Assembly (NCBI GenBank): GCA_964016885.1
Contig: OZ024755.1
Span: 18,972,001-19,036,000 of the forward strand
From: Eledone cirrhosa
Lineage: Eukaryota
Direction: 5' to 3'
DNA length: 64,000 bases
Position 1 is the first letter of the stretch. Every line of letters starts with the position of its first letter. The notes under the pieces were generated by a model. That model ran no database searches, was not told the DNA's origin, and saw only the letters and a list, made by a program, of their open reading frames with translations. Position numbers and translations under genes: made by a program. Shown here piece by piece: positions 50,617 to 64,000 of the stretch.

Positions 50617-51305
50617 GAGAGAGAAGTGATGGGGTGAGAAAGATGAGAGAGGGAGAGAGTAGAGAGAGGGAGAGAGAGAGACAGAGATAGACGGTAGAAT
50701 GAGAGAGGGTATAGAGTAGAGAGAGAGGGTAGAGTGAGAGAGAGTAGAGATGGAGAGAAAGTGGAAAGAGAGAGTAAAGAAAGAGATGGGGGAGGGAGAG
50801 AAAAAGAGATGGGGGAGGGAGAGAAAAAGAGAGACGGGAGGGAGAGAAAAAGAGAGAGGGGAGGGAGTGAAAGAGAGAGGGGAGGGAGTGAAAGAGAGAG
50901 GGGAGGGAGTGAAAGAGAGAGGGGAGGGAGTGAAAGAGAGAGGGGAGGGAGTGAAAAAAGAGGGGAGAGAGAGGGTAGAGAGAGGGGTAGAGAGTGGAGA
51001 GAGAAAATGAAAGAAAACAGGAAAATAGAGAGAAAGAGAGAAGAGAAAGAGGTGGAGGGGAAAAGTGAGAGAGAGAGAGAAAAAGTGAGAGAGAGAGAGA
51101 AAAAGTGAGAGAGAGAGAGAGAAAAAGTGAGAGAGAGAGAGAGAGATAGAAAGTGAGAGAGAGAGAGAAAGTGAGAGAGAGAGAGAGAAAGTGGGAGAGA
51201 GAGAGAGAGAAAGTGAGAGAGAGAGAGAGAAAGTGAGAGAGAGAGAAAGAGAGAGAAAGTGAGAGAGAGAGAGAGAAAGTGAGAGAGAGAGAGAGAAAGA
51301 GAGAG
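50617..51305. repeat. Polypurine GA-rich tract
   Basis: (GA)n with 21-bp gagaggggagggagtgaaaga and aaagtga(ga)n units. Confidence 0.92.
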
Positions 51306-51923
51306 GCAAAGACAAAGAAAGACAAAACATTAAACAAGAAACAGATCAATGCTACAGAAGCCAAGAAAGCAACACTATTGACATTTTACGCAACTAGTGA
51401 AAAGCAAACTTTAATCTAATTTTACCAAGTTTTTCCCCCGAAGGAACATTATATGAGTAATCTACTTTGTTACGAAAGGAACTGGTGGCTTATTGGAGTT
51501 TAACAACTTTGAAATGAAATTTAATGAAATTCCTCCTTTCCCCCACCCCAGCCCTCGCCTAATATTCTCAAACACTATTCTGCACTCTAACTTGGTGGTG
51601 CAACAGGTTCATATATTGACTTAAGTATTACAAAGTACAACTTTTAACATGGAATTATTTTCATTAGAATGAAAGTGTTTATTTTTATGTGTGCTTAAGT
51701 ATGAACATGTTTTTTGTGTTTTTGTTTAGATATCGGATAATTTTGAATTCTACCAAGGTCAACTTAGCTTTTCATTGTTGTAAGGGGCAGGAGCAATGAT
51801 ATATGACGCCCTGTTCCTATATTGAAGATCAATATTAGATGCCAGAGTTGTTATACAGACTCTGTATTAGATGAATGGAGCCATATTCAATTAGTTGTTC
51901 AAGAAAAAAGAAAAATGGTTTAA

Positions 51924-52142
51924 CCCTTTAGCATTTAAACTGGCTGTAACCAGCCAGAATTCTCTCACCTCTTTTTGTTCAAACTGGCCATAACTGGTCA
52001 CTCATACAGATGTTAAGGTATTGTTCTCAAAATAAATAATATCAAAATTTCATAGATTTTATATTATGTGAGATAATTATGTGAGAAAACCTTTGCTGTG
52101 AAAATACAATAGTAAATATAGAGTAGTGTAAATGTTAAAGGG
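51924..52142. mobile_element. piggyBac-like MITE
   Basis: TTAA-ccctttagcattta...taaatgttaaaggg-TTAT; same family as 48389. Confidence 0.85.
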
Positions 52143-53457
52143 TTATGAATAATGAATTTAACTTTTTTTACCATTTTATTATGTGAGGAAGGGAAGACCT
52201 TTGATGTGAGAAAGGAAAATAAGTTATCTTCAAATCAGAGAACTTTTCCAAATACTTGTAACAGGGTGAAGTTTGCTAAAGGTACCAAAAGACCAGCTGG
52301 TGGTGTTAAACCAACCAGGTAATGGATTAAGTTTGCCATCCAAGAATTTAGAGTACAAAGTGGTAGGACAAATACTTGCAGACATTTTGTCTGCAGCTCT
52401 AACAATTCTACCAACACATTACCCTGAACTGGTCCTTTATTTTATTGACCTTGAAAAGTTGAAAGACAAAGTTAACCATAGTGAGATTTGAAATCAGAAC
52501 ACAGAGGGATGATACAAATGCAAATACAAATCCAGAGCTATCTCACTCCTATTGGGGGAAACTCTCCCTGGTTGGCCTCCACTGCTTCTTATCTCTGACC
52601 ATACTGGGCCATGCTGGGCTGTGGTATCTGGTCAGATTGTTGCATCATCTTGCCTTTAGCCACTCTCTATCATTAAAAACAATTATTAGCTAATCTAATG
52701 GAAGGCAACTAAAGATAATTTAATTTACAATCAAACCAGTCTTTTAATATTCTGAAAACTATTTAATATTCTGAAAGCTATTCTTGTCCTCAATCCCTCT
52801 CATGGGAAAATGCAGCACTATTGTTTTCTAATATGCCCTAAAGCAGATGTAAACTAAAGACTGTTGAAAGCGAAACCTCAATTAGTAATTGGCAAGGTTA
52901 TAATTCAAATGTTCTTATTAGATATAACCTGATTTCTTTTACTAAATTTAATGTTTTCAATTTGAAACCTATGCTAGTGTTTCTTTAATTATATTTCTAT
53001 ACAGAAAGCTCCCTTAAGGTATTTTTCCTCAGCCATATTGTTGATATCCTTAATCAGTGTCAATACATTCCCTTTATTTTTATATCTATTCATCAGTCCT
53101 TGTCTCAACAACTGAGTAGATTCAATAAGACCAAAGCATGTCAGTTAATATCACAGCTTTGAATTGAGTCTTTAGCTGCTGATGGTGGAACACATCCCTC
53201 TCCAGAGAAAGAGAAATAATAAGTGAGGGAGAGAGAGGAAGTGAGAAGGATATATAACAAGAAAGAGAGAGAGAAAGGAAGTTGAGAAAGAGATATAGAA
53301 GAAGAATTGACCCCAGTATTTGACTGGTGCTTTGTTAATTGATATAAAAAAATATGAAAGGTAGATAAAATTCATAAATAAACATAAACAAAACTTATTC
53401 TTTCTTTTATTGATTTCAGTCATAGGTTGGCCATGCTGGGGCATTACCCTTACTTAA

Positions 53458-53678
53458 CCCTTTAGCATTTAAACCGGCCATATCTGGCCAGAATTCTTTC
53501 ACCGCTTTCTATTCAAACTGGCTATAACCAGCTGCTCATACTTATGTTAAGGTATTGTTCTCAGAATGAATAATATCCAAATCCCATAGATTCAATACTA
53601 TGTGAGATAATTATGTGAGGTTAAGCTTCTACCATGAAAATACAATAGTATATATAGAGCAATGTAAATGCTAAAGGG
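53458..53678. mobile_element. piggyBac-like MITE
   Basis: TTAA-ccctttagcattta...taaatgctaaaggg-TTAA, perfect 14-bp TIR. Confidence 0.9.
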
Positions 53679-54244
53679 TTAATGGATGTTATTGACATCA
53701 GTATTTATCTTTTCAAATCTGGTACCTATTTTATGAATCTCTTTAAGAATGTAAGCTGCATAGAAGCTCATCATGTTTGTGTGTGGGAGAGGGAGAGAGT
53801 GTACATGTTTATATTTACTATTTAAGTCCTATGACATAGCAGTTCAACAAAAGCGATTGATAAAATAAATACCAAACTTAAAATTGTGGTGTTCCAGCAT
53901 GGCCACAGTCTAATGACTGAAACAAGTAGAATAAAAGTCCATGTGGTTTTCACATCAGAAACTAATACAATAAACTACTATAATACTCTAAAGAATAAAA
54001 TAAAATTTAATTTTAATTAGCTATTAATTAGCGTTTTAATGGAACCCAGTGATATTAGGTTTCAGGTTTGTAACAAACATTGAGGTCAGGTGACCATGTC
54101 TTAATCAGTTCTGTATGAGCAAGACATAGTCACCTGACCTGGCATTGCTCACAACAGGATAACTCATTAACCCATGCCAGCGTGGAAACATGGACGTTAA
54201 ACGGAGATGATGATGATTGATAGCTTTCATTATTCTACCTTCAA

Positions 54245-54430
54245 GGGTGGTAGATTGGCAGTAATTGGTAGAGCATCGGATAACATGCTTTATGGCATAG
54301 AGTTTCGTCCCTTTATATCCCACCAAGGTTAGTTTTGCCTTTCATCCTTACAAGGTAAGTAAAATAAAGTACCAGTAATGCACTGGGGTTGATTTAATTG
54401 ACTTTGCCCTTTCCCAAAATAATCAAGAAT
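54245..54430 (+). mobile_element. SINE family B (older variant)
   Basis: Diverged forward copy. Confidence 0.75.
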
Positions 54431-55159
54431 TTAGAAGGGTTTAGTAATATAAATCACATTCTCGTTATTCAGTTGGTGTTTAGAACATACCAAAGGCTGT
54501 TACATAAAATTATGATGAAAGGTTTTTACATAAATATAAACACTTTAAAATAAACAGCTTTATATATATTCTCCTCCTATGTTCAGTTTTTCTCTCTGCT
54601 CATCTGCACTTCACTGATAATGTACACTGACTAACATTACACATCCATTGGAGCATGCTCAATTTGTTTCTCGCCAGCCTTCATATATCCCCTGCATTCA
54701 CTGCTCATATTTCACTATCATACATCACCATGTAATGTACCCTCCACCCAGAGAGAGATCCTTTTGTTGCCAGCAGAGGTAGTAGCTCCCTAAACCTTCC
54801 CACAATATATATGATATGATATACTATAACATAACATAAGAGTGATCTTTAAATGCTTTTAATACCATAGCAAAACTGTGTGGCCTACCAGTCTTAAGCA
54901 GCTGTTGTAATTTAAACAGAAGTTTATACATCACTGGTGCCAGTTGTAATCTAAACAGTTGATGTGTGGTTGCTATGAAATATTATAGGATTATATTTCA
55001 GTATTACATCACAGGTAATTGGTTTCATGAAGCTCTAGTCAGTTTCTACTGAACCCAAACGTCAACCAACCCAGTTTTAATTGATAGTAGGGACATCTTT
55101 TATTGTTAATGCCCTGAAAAAAAGCAGGAACCAGTAACATAATATTTAGGGAAGGGGTT

Positions 55160-55460
55160 AATAATAATTGTTTCTACTTTGGGCACAAGGCCAGCAATTT
55201 CCCAGTGCATTACTGGTACTTTATTTTATCGACCCCGTAAGGATGAAAGGCAAAGTTAACCTCGGCGTGACTTGAACTCAGACCGTAAAGGGACGTAACT
55301 ATGCTAGAAAGTATGGCTTCCGACCCTCTACTGATACTGCCAATTCACCTTAGGCACAAGGCCAACAATTTTAAGGGAAGGGGAAAGTCGATTAAATCAA
55401 CCTCAGTGCATTACTGGTGGATTATTTTATCAATCCTGGAATGATGTGAGGCACAGTTGA
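55160..55460 (-). mobile_element. SINE family B, full copy plus an older partial
   Basis: Identity to family B. Confidence 0.88.
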
Positions 55461-55597
55461 CAAAGATCTCAAGTTTATTTCTAGTACAGTTTTTTAGTGT
55501 TTCATGTATTAGATGTTGATACTTAAGTCTCTGAATTATTTACTTTCTTGACAATTATATTCTCTATGCCAATAGATGTATAATTTTGCAGATTTAC

Positions 55598-55895
55598 TTA
55601 ACAATTCTTTCATCCCTGCTTTATAGAATCTGGTGAAAGCAATGCTTCACCGATGAGGTCAGAATAAGATCAAAACATCTAGATTTGTCTTCTGTACATG
55701 CTAGTAAAATGTAAATAATATTGAGTACTAACTAATATCTTAGCAATTTTTTTATCCCTTCTTTAGAGAATATGGTAAAGGGAATGAATACTTCACTGAT
55801 GCGGTCAGAATAAGCTCAAAATATGTTGAGAGTTGTCTCCTGTACTTGCTAGTAAAATGAAATTAAATATTGAGCATTGAGTTATATCATTTTTA
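55598..55895 (+). repeat. Two diverged ~145-bp tandem units, each with a decayed hammerhead core
   Basis: cttca-CCGATGA-ggtc-agaataa-gatc-aAAAcat and cttca-CTGATGC-ggtc-agaataa-gctc-aAAAtatg. Confidence 0.5.
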
Positions 55896-56708
55896 CTCAT
55901 TGTATATTTATTTCAAGTTCCCCTCTTTAATGTTCTTTGTATTAAATATATTAACACTAACTTAAAATAATGTTACTCTTCCACTGTTTCCCACAATCAG
56001 ATATTCTAACACGAACATTCATAGACAGAGAAAAATACTTTTGATTTTTACTATATCTATAGGAGAAGTGGAAGAGAATCTGTCATAATAAAATATCAAT
56101 GGTTTATCTTCAGACTAAGCTCATTCAATGAAGTACTAGATAAGAAAATATTCCACGTTTTGTTAGATTTAATATTACCAACTCCCTTTGATGTTTAGTT
56201 ACTGAGGAAGCTAAGCCAAAGATTCTTGCTTTATATTCTCGGTATCAAGTTGGAATATATCTAAAAGCTTTTCATCAGCGAATCTCATTGAAATTGGTGA
56301 GATTTAGTTGGTAAGTATAAGACCTATATCTCTGATGTACAGCAGAAATGATTCTACTACTTAGCAAGGTCCTATCTCCAGCCAACAAAGGCTATACAGA
56401 GTCAGAAACGATGACAAATTCCTTTGTACTGTAGTTTCTGATTTAGAATAAAGACTAACAGACCTTTCTTTCCTATCAATAATATAACATTTTTATATCA
56501 TTCACATGACATTCGATTTTCATCCTACTACTGTTTTCCATGTAGTAATTATATATTTATTTTTCAATATGGTGAAAGTTCAAATCTAATTCCCCATTAT
56601 ATTTAAGAAAATGACTTTTTTTTTCATCTGCATTAAATATTTATTGTGAAGCATAAATTGAAGGTTCAAATCTAGTCAAAGTAAAGTATTCTATATCGCT
56701 GCTTCTTT

Positions 56709-56756
<48 letters not shown>

Positions 56757-57842
56757 CGTGCGTATCTATGACTGAGTCTACTTTTATGTCCTATAACTTA
56801 GCAGTTAAATTCAAAGTTCCAACTGTTGCAGTTTGCTCCATTCCAAACCCTCATTGGAGTCTCTGGATATGCAATTTGTGTGCGTCCATACCACACCTCC
56901 CAAGATAAGTCACAGGCCCATCATCAGTTTTTACAGAGTGTAATATATTTTTTTGAACAGACCCCTCTACCTATGGCCTGAATGTGTCCCTTGATAAACT
57001 GCATGAAGGACGACGCAGTATGATTCTTTTTGTTACCTCTCACCATATTGCAGTTTTGGTGGTCTCATTCACTCCAGTCACCAATCTGGTACTTTTCTCA
57101 AAATCAATTAAAATTGATTAATAAAATATAGATCAGACATGAAAAAATAAGTACTGGGGTCAGTATAGTTGACAAAATCCTTTTATGTTAGTACCCTAGA
57201 ATGGCCGCTGTGTGACTGAAACAAGTAAAAGAATAAGAATGTGTGTGTGCATGTATGTTTATTGATTAATGGGAAAAAATATATACAAATTCAATCAGAA
57301 TACCATATTGTTTACAGTATGTTGTTATCTGTAAGGGTCAGGCATCTGTTTTCCAAAGATAAGACAACTAATAGAGTAACTGGCTGATTGATTTAATCAA
57401 GGTAAATTATATATTACAATAGCTAAAGTGATTTGCTTATAAATGTTTTGTGATTCAGACATCAATATGTTGCTCTTAGGATAGATAATAACAACCTTAT
57501 AATATTTGTTTCTGACATTGGCATAAGGCCACAAATTGGGTTGCAGTTGATTAAATCAATACTATTACTTGACTGCTATTTTACTTTAGTGACCCCAGAA
57601 GGACAAAAAGCAAAGTCAATCTCAGCTGGATTTGAACTCAGAACACAAGAACCAGATCAAATAGCACAAAACATTTGTCACACAATTGAATTATTCTGCC
57701 ATCCAATGCCATTAATAATTTATAATTGTTTCTACTTTAGGCACAAGACCAGCAATTTTAAAGGGAGGGAAAAGTCAATTAAATCAACCCCAGTGCATTA
57801 CTGGTGCTTTATTTTATTGACCCAGTAAGGAGTCAAGTTTAA

Positions 57843-58324
57843 CCCTTTTGATAAGAAACCTCTTGAATCACTTCCTCCTATTCCTGGTTCTATGAGACTA
57901 AACTGTTTATTTTCAAGTGTTTATATCATCATTTCAAGTTTTTCAATCTTTTTCAATCTGTTGACAAAACACTGAGCAGACACCCTAAACAATGCCAACC
58001 TGCACTCAGGAATTCCTGCTAAACCAACCCACAACCTACCTTCCAAATATGGCAAACTGACCACTGACCACCCACCTTCTTAAATTCCGCAAACCTAACA
58101 CGGACCACCCACCTTGTCATTTCTTTGCTAGAATGAAGACAAGACCGATCTTTTCAACAATATATTATATATGTATTCTTTTCTATATATATATATCAAA
58201 ATTCAGAGTTTTTTTTTTTTAAAGAGTTTTAAAATCAAATGGCCCCTTATTTTTTATTTATATCATAACAATGGTATCAACTTTTCAGTGTAACATCAGA
58301 GGAGTAAGCTTGATTTCCAAAGGG
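57843..58324. mobile_element. Possible second piggyBac-like non-autonomous element
   Basis: TTAA-cccttt...aaaggg-TTAA ends; interior not recognised. Confidence 0.45.
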
Positions 58325-58657
58325 TTAAAGAAATTATTCTCAAGTGGCTGTTGCAGTGATAATGTAGAAAGTGGGTGGTCTCTAGTATATATAATGATAA
58401 GAATCATTGAAAGTTTGATATCAATGGTGCAGTTATCAAAGGGAAATGTTAGCTAGACACCACAGGATATAAACTTGACATAGGCTAAGTCAGTTAATGA
58501 CCAATATATAAACAAGCTTAATAATGGAAATTATTCTTGGCAAGTGTCTTAACATTATTTCAACAATTATTTCAACAAATATATTCTCACAATTATCAAA
58601 CACCATTATCAAAGCAATGATATCAAATTACTTTGTTTGAAAATTATATGCACATGT

Positions 58658-58697
<40 letters not shown>

Positions 58698-60084
58698 TAA
58701 TATCACATGCAACCAGTACATAAGCAGCTCATCTTATACCTACCCAAGCTGCACATCCAGCCCTTCAACCACATACATTTACTCCTAAATAGTATAACTT
58801 TGAAATGTGGGTGTGCATATGAGTGTAAGCGTGTGTGCATGCATGTATGTACATGTGTGCGTGTGACAGGAACATTTTAAAGCTATCATCTCTTTTCTAG
58901 CTTATCTCTGTTTTCATAGTATTTCAGACTCCAAAATCCCTTACTAGTATTTTTCTCTGCTGGAGAAATTATAAATATCTACCCACCTTGCTATCTTCTT
59001 ATATAAACTACACCAGAAAGCCCCAAAGATGATGAGATACTGAATGTTAGCAAGAATGGTGGTGGGGGGGGGGGGTATAAAGGGTTTCCTTATATGCAAT
59101 TCTAATGACTAAATAGACAAAGGAAAATGGGATATTCTTCCCTTGAGAAAAATTACATTAAGTCATAATTACCTACACATAAGGATGTCATTTACAAGTA
59201 TTTATTTAGATAAAATCTTACATTACAAATCTATGTTATAAGCCTAGTTTTTGTTTTTCATCATTAGTCCTGGATATCATATGTTAAAAATTCTATATTT
59301 CTGTTTCTTATTTTTCTTCCAAAATTTGAAAATATTTTTGGCTAACTTCCTCTTCTAGAATGGATATGAAAATCTTGTTTGAAAGCATGTTGGACGACGT
59401 GTACATGTAATTCAAAAGACAGCCATGTCATACAAGGTGTCATGTTGAATTTCCCTGAGAATTATGTTAGGAGTAAATGTGTTTGTGGAATGCCCATGTC
59501 AATTTGCTATGTAGGCTGTTCTGTTGGTCATAAATATGGTGCACTCATTGTGGAAATTAAAATATAATTTTTTTTAAATGAAAAAAACTATTCATTGTTT
59601 AAACTGTAGGTGCCTACATGACTATGTTTTCTGCTATAGCCTTGGGTTGCCAAATGCCTGGTGAATGAAATGTGGTTGAGACAAACTGTCAAGAAGCCTC
59701 TTTCTCTCACTATCTGTGCATGTGTAACCGTGTGTTTGTATTTATGTCTATACTGCTTAACAATTGGTGTAGTTTATGCCCTGTAACCTAGCAGTTTCGT
59801 AAATAGAAATCGATGAAATAAGAACCATACTTTAAGAAAATAGGTATTGGAGTTGATAAAATCAACTAAAAATTTGAAGGTAGTGTGTTTCAGCATGTTC
59901 ACAGTGGAATGAGTGAAAGTAATAAATGTGTAAAAGACAGAAAGAGTAGAAAATCAAGTTAGATATGTAATTGGACAGTTGAGCTGGAATAAAAGCAGGT
60001 TAAAATGGATAGTCAATACAATAGATGGTTTGAGGAAAGTTGAAGTAGTTATAGAATATATAGCAGATCTGGTAAATATATTGA

Positions 60085-60423
60085 TAATAATGGTTTCTTA
60101 TATAGGCACAAGGCCAGCAATTACCCAGTGTATTACTGGTACTTTATTTTATCGACCCCGTAAGGATGAAAGGCAAAGTCAACCTCGGAGGGATTGATAA
60201 TAATGGTTTCTTATATAGGCACAAGGCCAGTAATTTGGGGGGGAGGGGAAAGTCGATTAAATCGACCCCAGTGCGTGACTGGTACTTTTATTTTATCGAC
60301 CCCATAAGGATGAAAGGCAAGGTTAACCTCGGCGGGATTTGAGCTCAGATCATAAAGAGCCGTAACTCTATACTGCAAAGCATGGCGTCCGACCCTCTAC
60401 CGATACTGCCAATCCACCGCCCT
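60085..60423 (-). mobile_element. SINE family B, partial plus full long-tail copy
   Basis: Identity to family B; attgataataatg repeated at three junctions. Confidence 0.88.
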
Positions 60424-61019
60424 CAAAAATATTGATAATAATGATTGTGATTAAAATGGTTATGAAAATGATGAAGAACCAGAACTAGACATATGAAATC
60501 AATAGTTGGCAACCAATTAAATTAGAAGCATGGCTGGAACCTTTCCAAATGATTAAAAGGTTCTATTACCAGTGTGAAATAAAGAATTTGTCAGAAGCCA
60601 CTTTGATATTTATATAGAATAATATAGAGATTAGTAGAAATGATCTACGTAGCACAGCAGGCTAACAACCATCTATATAACATCCATGATGAAATAAAAT
60701 ACTGACTCCACTAAAATACACAATACACACTCAGACAGATTAAAATACCATTGATCAGCAATTGATTAGTTAGATGTAATAACAATCACCCGCCACTAAA
60801 CAATCAGAAGAAATGATTCTGTAGAGATGACAGTGTGATCAAGGAGTTCGATTCTCAACCACATAGCTTCAGGTTCGGTCCCACTGTATAGCATCTCGGG
60901 TGTCTTTTATTATAGTTTCACATTGACTAATGCCTTCTGAGTGAAAATTGGTTTACAGAAACTGTGTGGAAGCCCATTGTACATGTGTGTATGTATATAT
61001 ATATATATATGTATAAATG

Positions 61020-61073
<54 letters not shown>

Positions 61074-63330
61074 TACCAGGGAGAGCAGACGTTAAAATGA
61101 TGATGATGATGATGATGATATATGTGTGTCTGTGTATTTATGTTTATGATTTGTTTATGTTTTGTAATTTAGTAGTTCGACAAAAAAGGGATTGATAAAA
61201 TGTGAACCAGCCTTGAGAAAAGTAGCGAGTACAATATAATCAACTAAATTCCTTCAAGCAATGCCCCAGCATGGCCATGGTCTAATGACAGAAACCCGAA
61301 AAAGAATAAAAGAAGTCTTGTAACCCAAAATAATATAAGATTTTCAAATATATTAAATATAACAAATGAAATCAAAATATAGAATTTTATTCCAGAAAAG
61401 AAAAATAATCTTCCCCAAAGAAAGAGAAAGAGAGATGAGAGTAGTTCCCAAAGGCAAGAAATGTGTACTCAGCATCTGTCTTCTAGTAATTATGGGGAAG
61501 TATGAAAGATTGAGTATCATACAGGGACTTCTGTGAATAATAACATCAGGACAGTTTCCATGTTAGCATAATATATAAGAAGTACTATAATATTTATGTA
61601 TGTACAACATGTGTCACTATCTTTTAAAGGGAATATTTCTTTTTCATTTTGTTTGCTTTTGTTTTTAATTTGTTATTTTGTTTTTTGAAACACACTAGAT
61701 ATCTGTTTAGTGGGTTAAACAGACTAAAACACAAAAAACTGCAAAATTATATATAAATATACAAACAAAATAATGGAAACCAAACAAGAACAGGCCATTT
61801 TATTCTCTATATGTCTGGTTACCATATGATTCTTAAGACAATAGAAGAAATGTTTCATTCATTTTGTTTTCTTTTAGAATGCAAGTCTGAAAAAAAGCCA
61901 TTAGAGATTCTTTAACACCAGACTCTTAAAGAAAAACAAAAACTTTAAAAATACCGATTCCTCTGACCTAGTCTAAATTCACTGTAAGGCTGTGGGAAAA
62001 AGTTGTCATTACAACTTCACATTACAACTTCATGGATATGGCTGACTGACAAGTGCAACAAACCATGTTGTCTGTTAGAAGCACACCATAAAGCAGATAT
62101 TGTTGACATAAGAGACTCAACAGAGAGAAATATCTAAATAAGAGAGACAGAAGTTATTAAGAAGGGGACAAAAAACAAACAAAACAAAACAAAAATAAAT
62201 AGAGAAATAAGAAAGTTTTTCATTTTTTGTTTTAAGAAGAAAAATAAATATTTCTTCCACAATGTGAAACAATAATGTTGAATTTGTAATAATTTCAAAG
62301 TTGTACTTGGTTTGGCAAGTGACTTGATTTGAGACTGTGTGTTAAAACTGAAGCAATCATATCTATGTCCACTTTTTCTTTATCTCATGGTGTCAACACA
62401 CTTTTTATGACCTGATCACTGATTCAATTCTACTGTAATTGGCACCAATGGCCAAGTTGCAAAGATTGTAACAAAAAATTTCAACACCCTGAAATACATC
62501 AAAAGTGAGTATAAGGTTGTGTGTGTGTTTTGAATATTTTAAAATACTCTTCCATTTCTGAATGTAATGCTTATATAATAAAGTAAATTATCTTTAGGTA
62601 TATAGGGAGGAAAGGGAAGAGATTTTCTATTAAATGTTTTTACTTTCTTACTAATCATGCTTATGGAAGTAAATCTAATCCACATGCCACCACCACCATA
62701 AATGAAACTTAAGGGTCAGTCTGCCTTGTGGCCCCGGCTGACAGGATGGAGAAGAAACAAAAAGAAAACAGTAAGGTCTTAAAGATAACTATGAAAATAA
62801 ATTATGAAAGGTTAAATTCAAGAATTGAAATAGAATATGCTTTCTTTCTGTACTAAACGTATTTTAGAAGAATACTTATCTGAATTTAAGATTATTTTTT
62901 ATATAACCAAATGAAACCTATCTTAAATACCTATGATAAAGTGAAGTTTCATTGAAAACTAACTCTAAAATAACTAAGCCTTCTTTAGATAATAGAGATA
63001 ATATACATTTGACATGTAATTTTAATTGGTGATTTGGAATAAAACACAAGTAGATAGAATTGCAAAAGGAAATGACAATATATTCATTGACTATGATATA
63101 TCTGATTTCGAAGTTGAATTATTTTTACAGTATCCTTAAAGAAAAATAATATCCTTAATTTTCTATTTTTCCTTTTATAGGGTCTGGGAAAGAAAATATG
63201 ACTGTTTGATATAAGAACTTGTAGAGAAGAAAAACTACAATAAGGCTACATTTAGAGATGAAAATAATTTGAAACAGCTGAATAGAACATATTTTACTGG
63301 TTAATCTTGTTGAACACATTACATTCCATG

Positions 63331-63580
63331 TTGGTATGTACATGGATGATGATCGCTGGGAGAAGAAGTCCCAAGTAATCCTAGTGGAAGGAAGCCACAG
63401 TAGAGGAAGACCAAGGAAGATCTGGATGAAAGTGGTGAGAGTTGATCTCAGATCAGTGAAGCTCACAGAGGAGATGACAAAGAAATGCGACAAGTGGAAA
63501 GATGCTATACTGAGAAGGACCTGTCCAACCCATGCAAGTGTGGAATGATGGCTGTAAAAGAATGATGATGATGTTGATGA
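63331..63580 (+). mobile_element. RTE LINE 3' end (short-UTR type)
   Basis: VEGSHSRGRPRKIW..VVRVDLR...WKDAILRRTCPTHASVE* plus (GAT)n. Confidence 0.8.
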
Positions 63581-64000
63581 AAAACCAATAGAGTCTAGTG
63601 AGATCAACATTAACATGAAACTAAAATTACAGAAGACCTACTGACCTACTGCATTATGAAGAATAAAATCCTTCCATGAAAACTATTACAAATCGAATAT
63701 TCAATTAGTAAGAAGGGGATGGAAATATATCCCCCCACCCTTTTTAAAAAAAATAATCCTGATTATTTTCCCTAAAAAAAATGAACTAATTATTTCTGTA
63801 CACATATTTATTTTTAATTGTCTCATTGCAAAATAAATATAGAATGGGGAAAAAAAATTGCAAATATTTTGAAAGGATAGACATTAGCATATGTGAGAAA
63901 CTAGCCTGAGAGGTTTCACACAGATGCAGAAAGTGTACCACAGAATAATAAATATAAAACAATGTCAAGTTTATCTTTTTTTTTCTTTTCCTTTTTTTGG

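Noticed and set aside
50398-51364. Ser/Leu and Glu/Arg ORFs (also 36083-37048)
   Set aside because: Translations of (GA)n tracts.

Overview
Repeat-rich, AT-rich eukaryotic non-coding DNA. The SINE/LINE content resembles an octopod cephalopod genome (inferred from recalled repeat families, not verified). I found no intact host protein-coding gene; nearly all long ORFs in the track are artefacts of microsatellites or minisatellites. The window holds two young tRNA-derived SINE families and older SINE relics, LINE fragments (Tx1/L1-like, RTE, CR1/L2-like), TTAA-flanked piggyBac-like MITEs, a probable solo LTR, and several satellites, two of which grew out of SINEs. The main unexplained signal is a set of 60-550 bp inserts sitting inside (TA)n microsatellites. 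They belong to at least six unrelated families, often have a 5' inverted arm, and each family carries a hammerhead-ribozyme (HHR) fold, as expected for Penelope-like element (PLE) terminal repeats. One family, with two diverged copies (23428-23847 and 45330-45564), encodes a hammerhead with an intact core whose three strands occur in reversed, non-circularly permuted order. That fold is closed by a pseudoknot and a box C/D-type kink-turn with a compensatory base-pair change, and is the best candidate for an undescribed system. All RNA folds were derived by eye and are untested.
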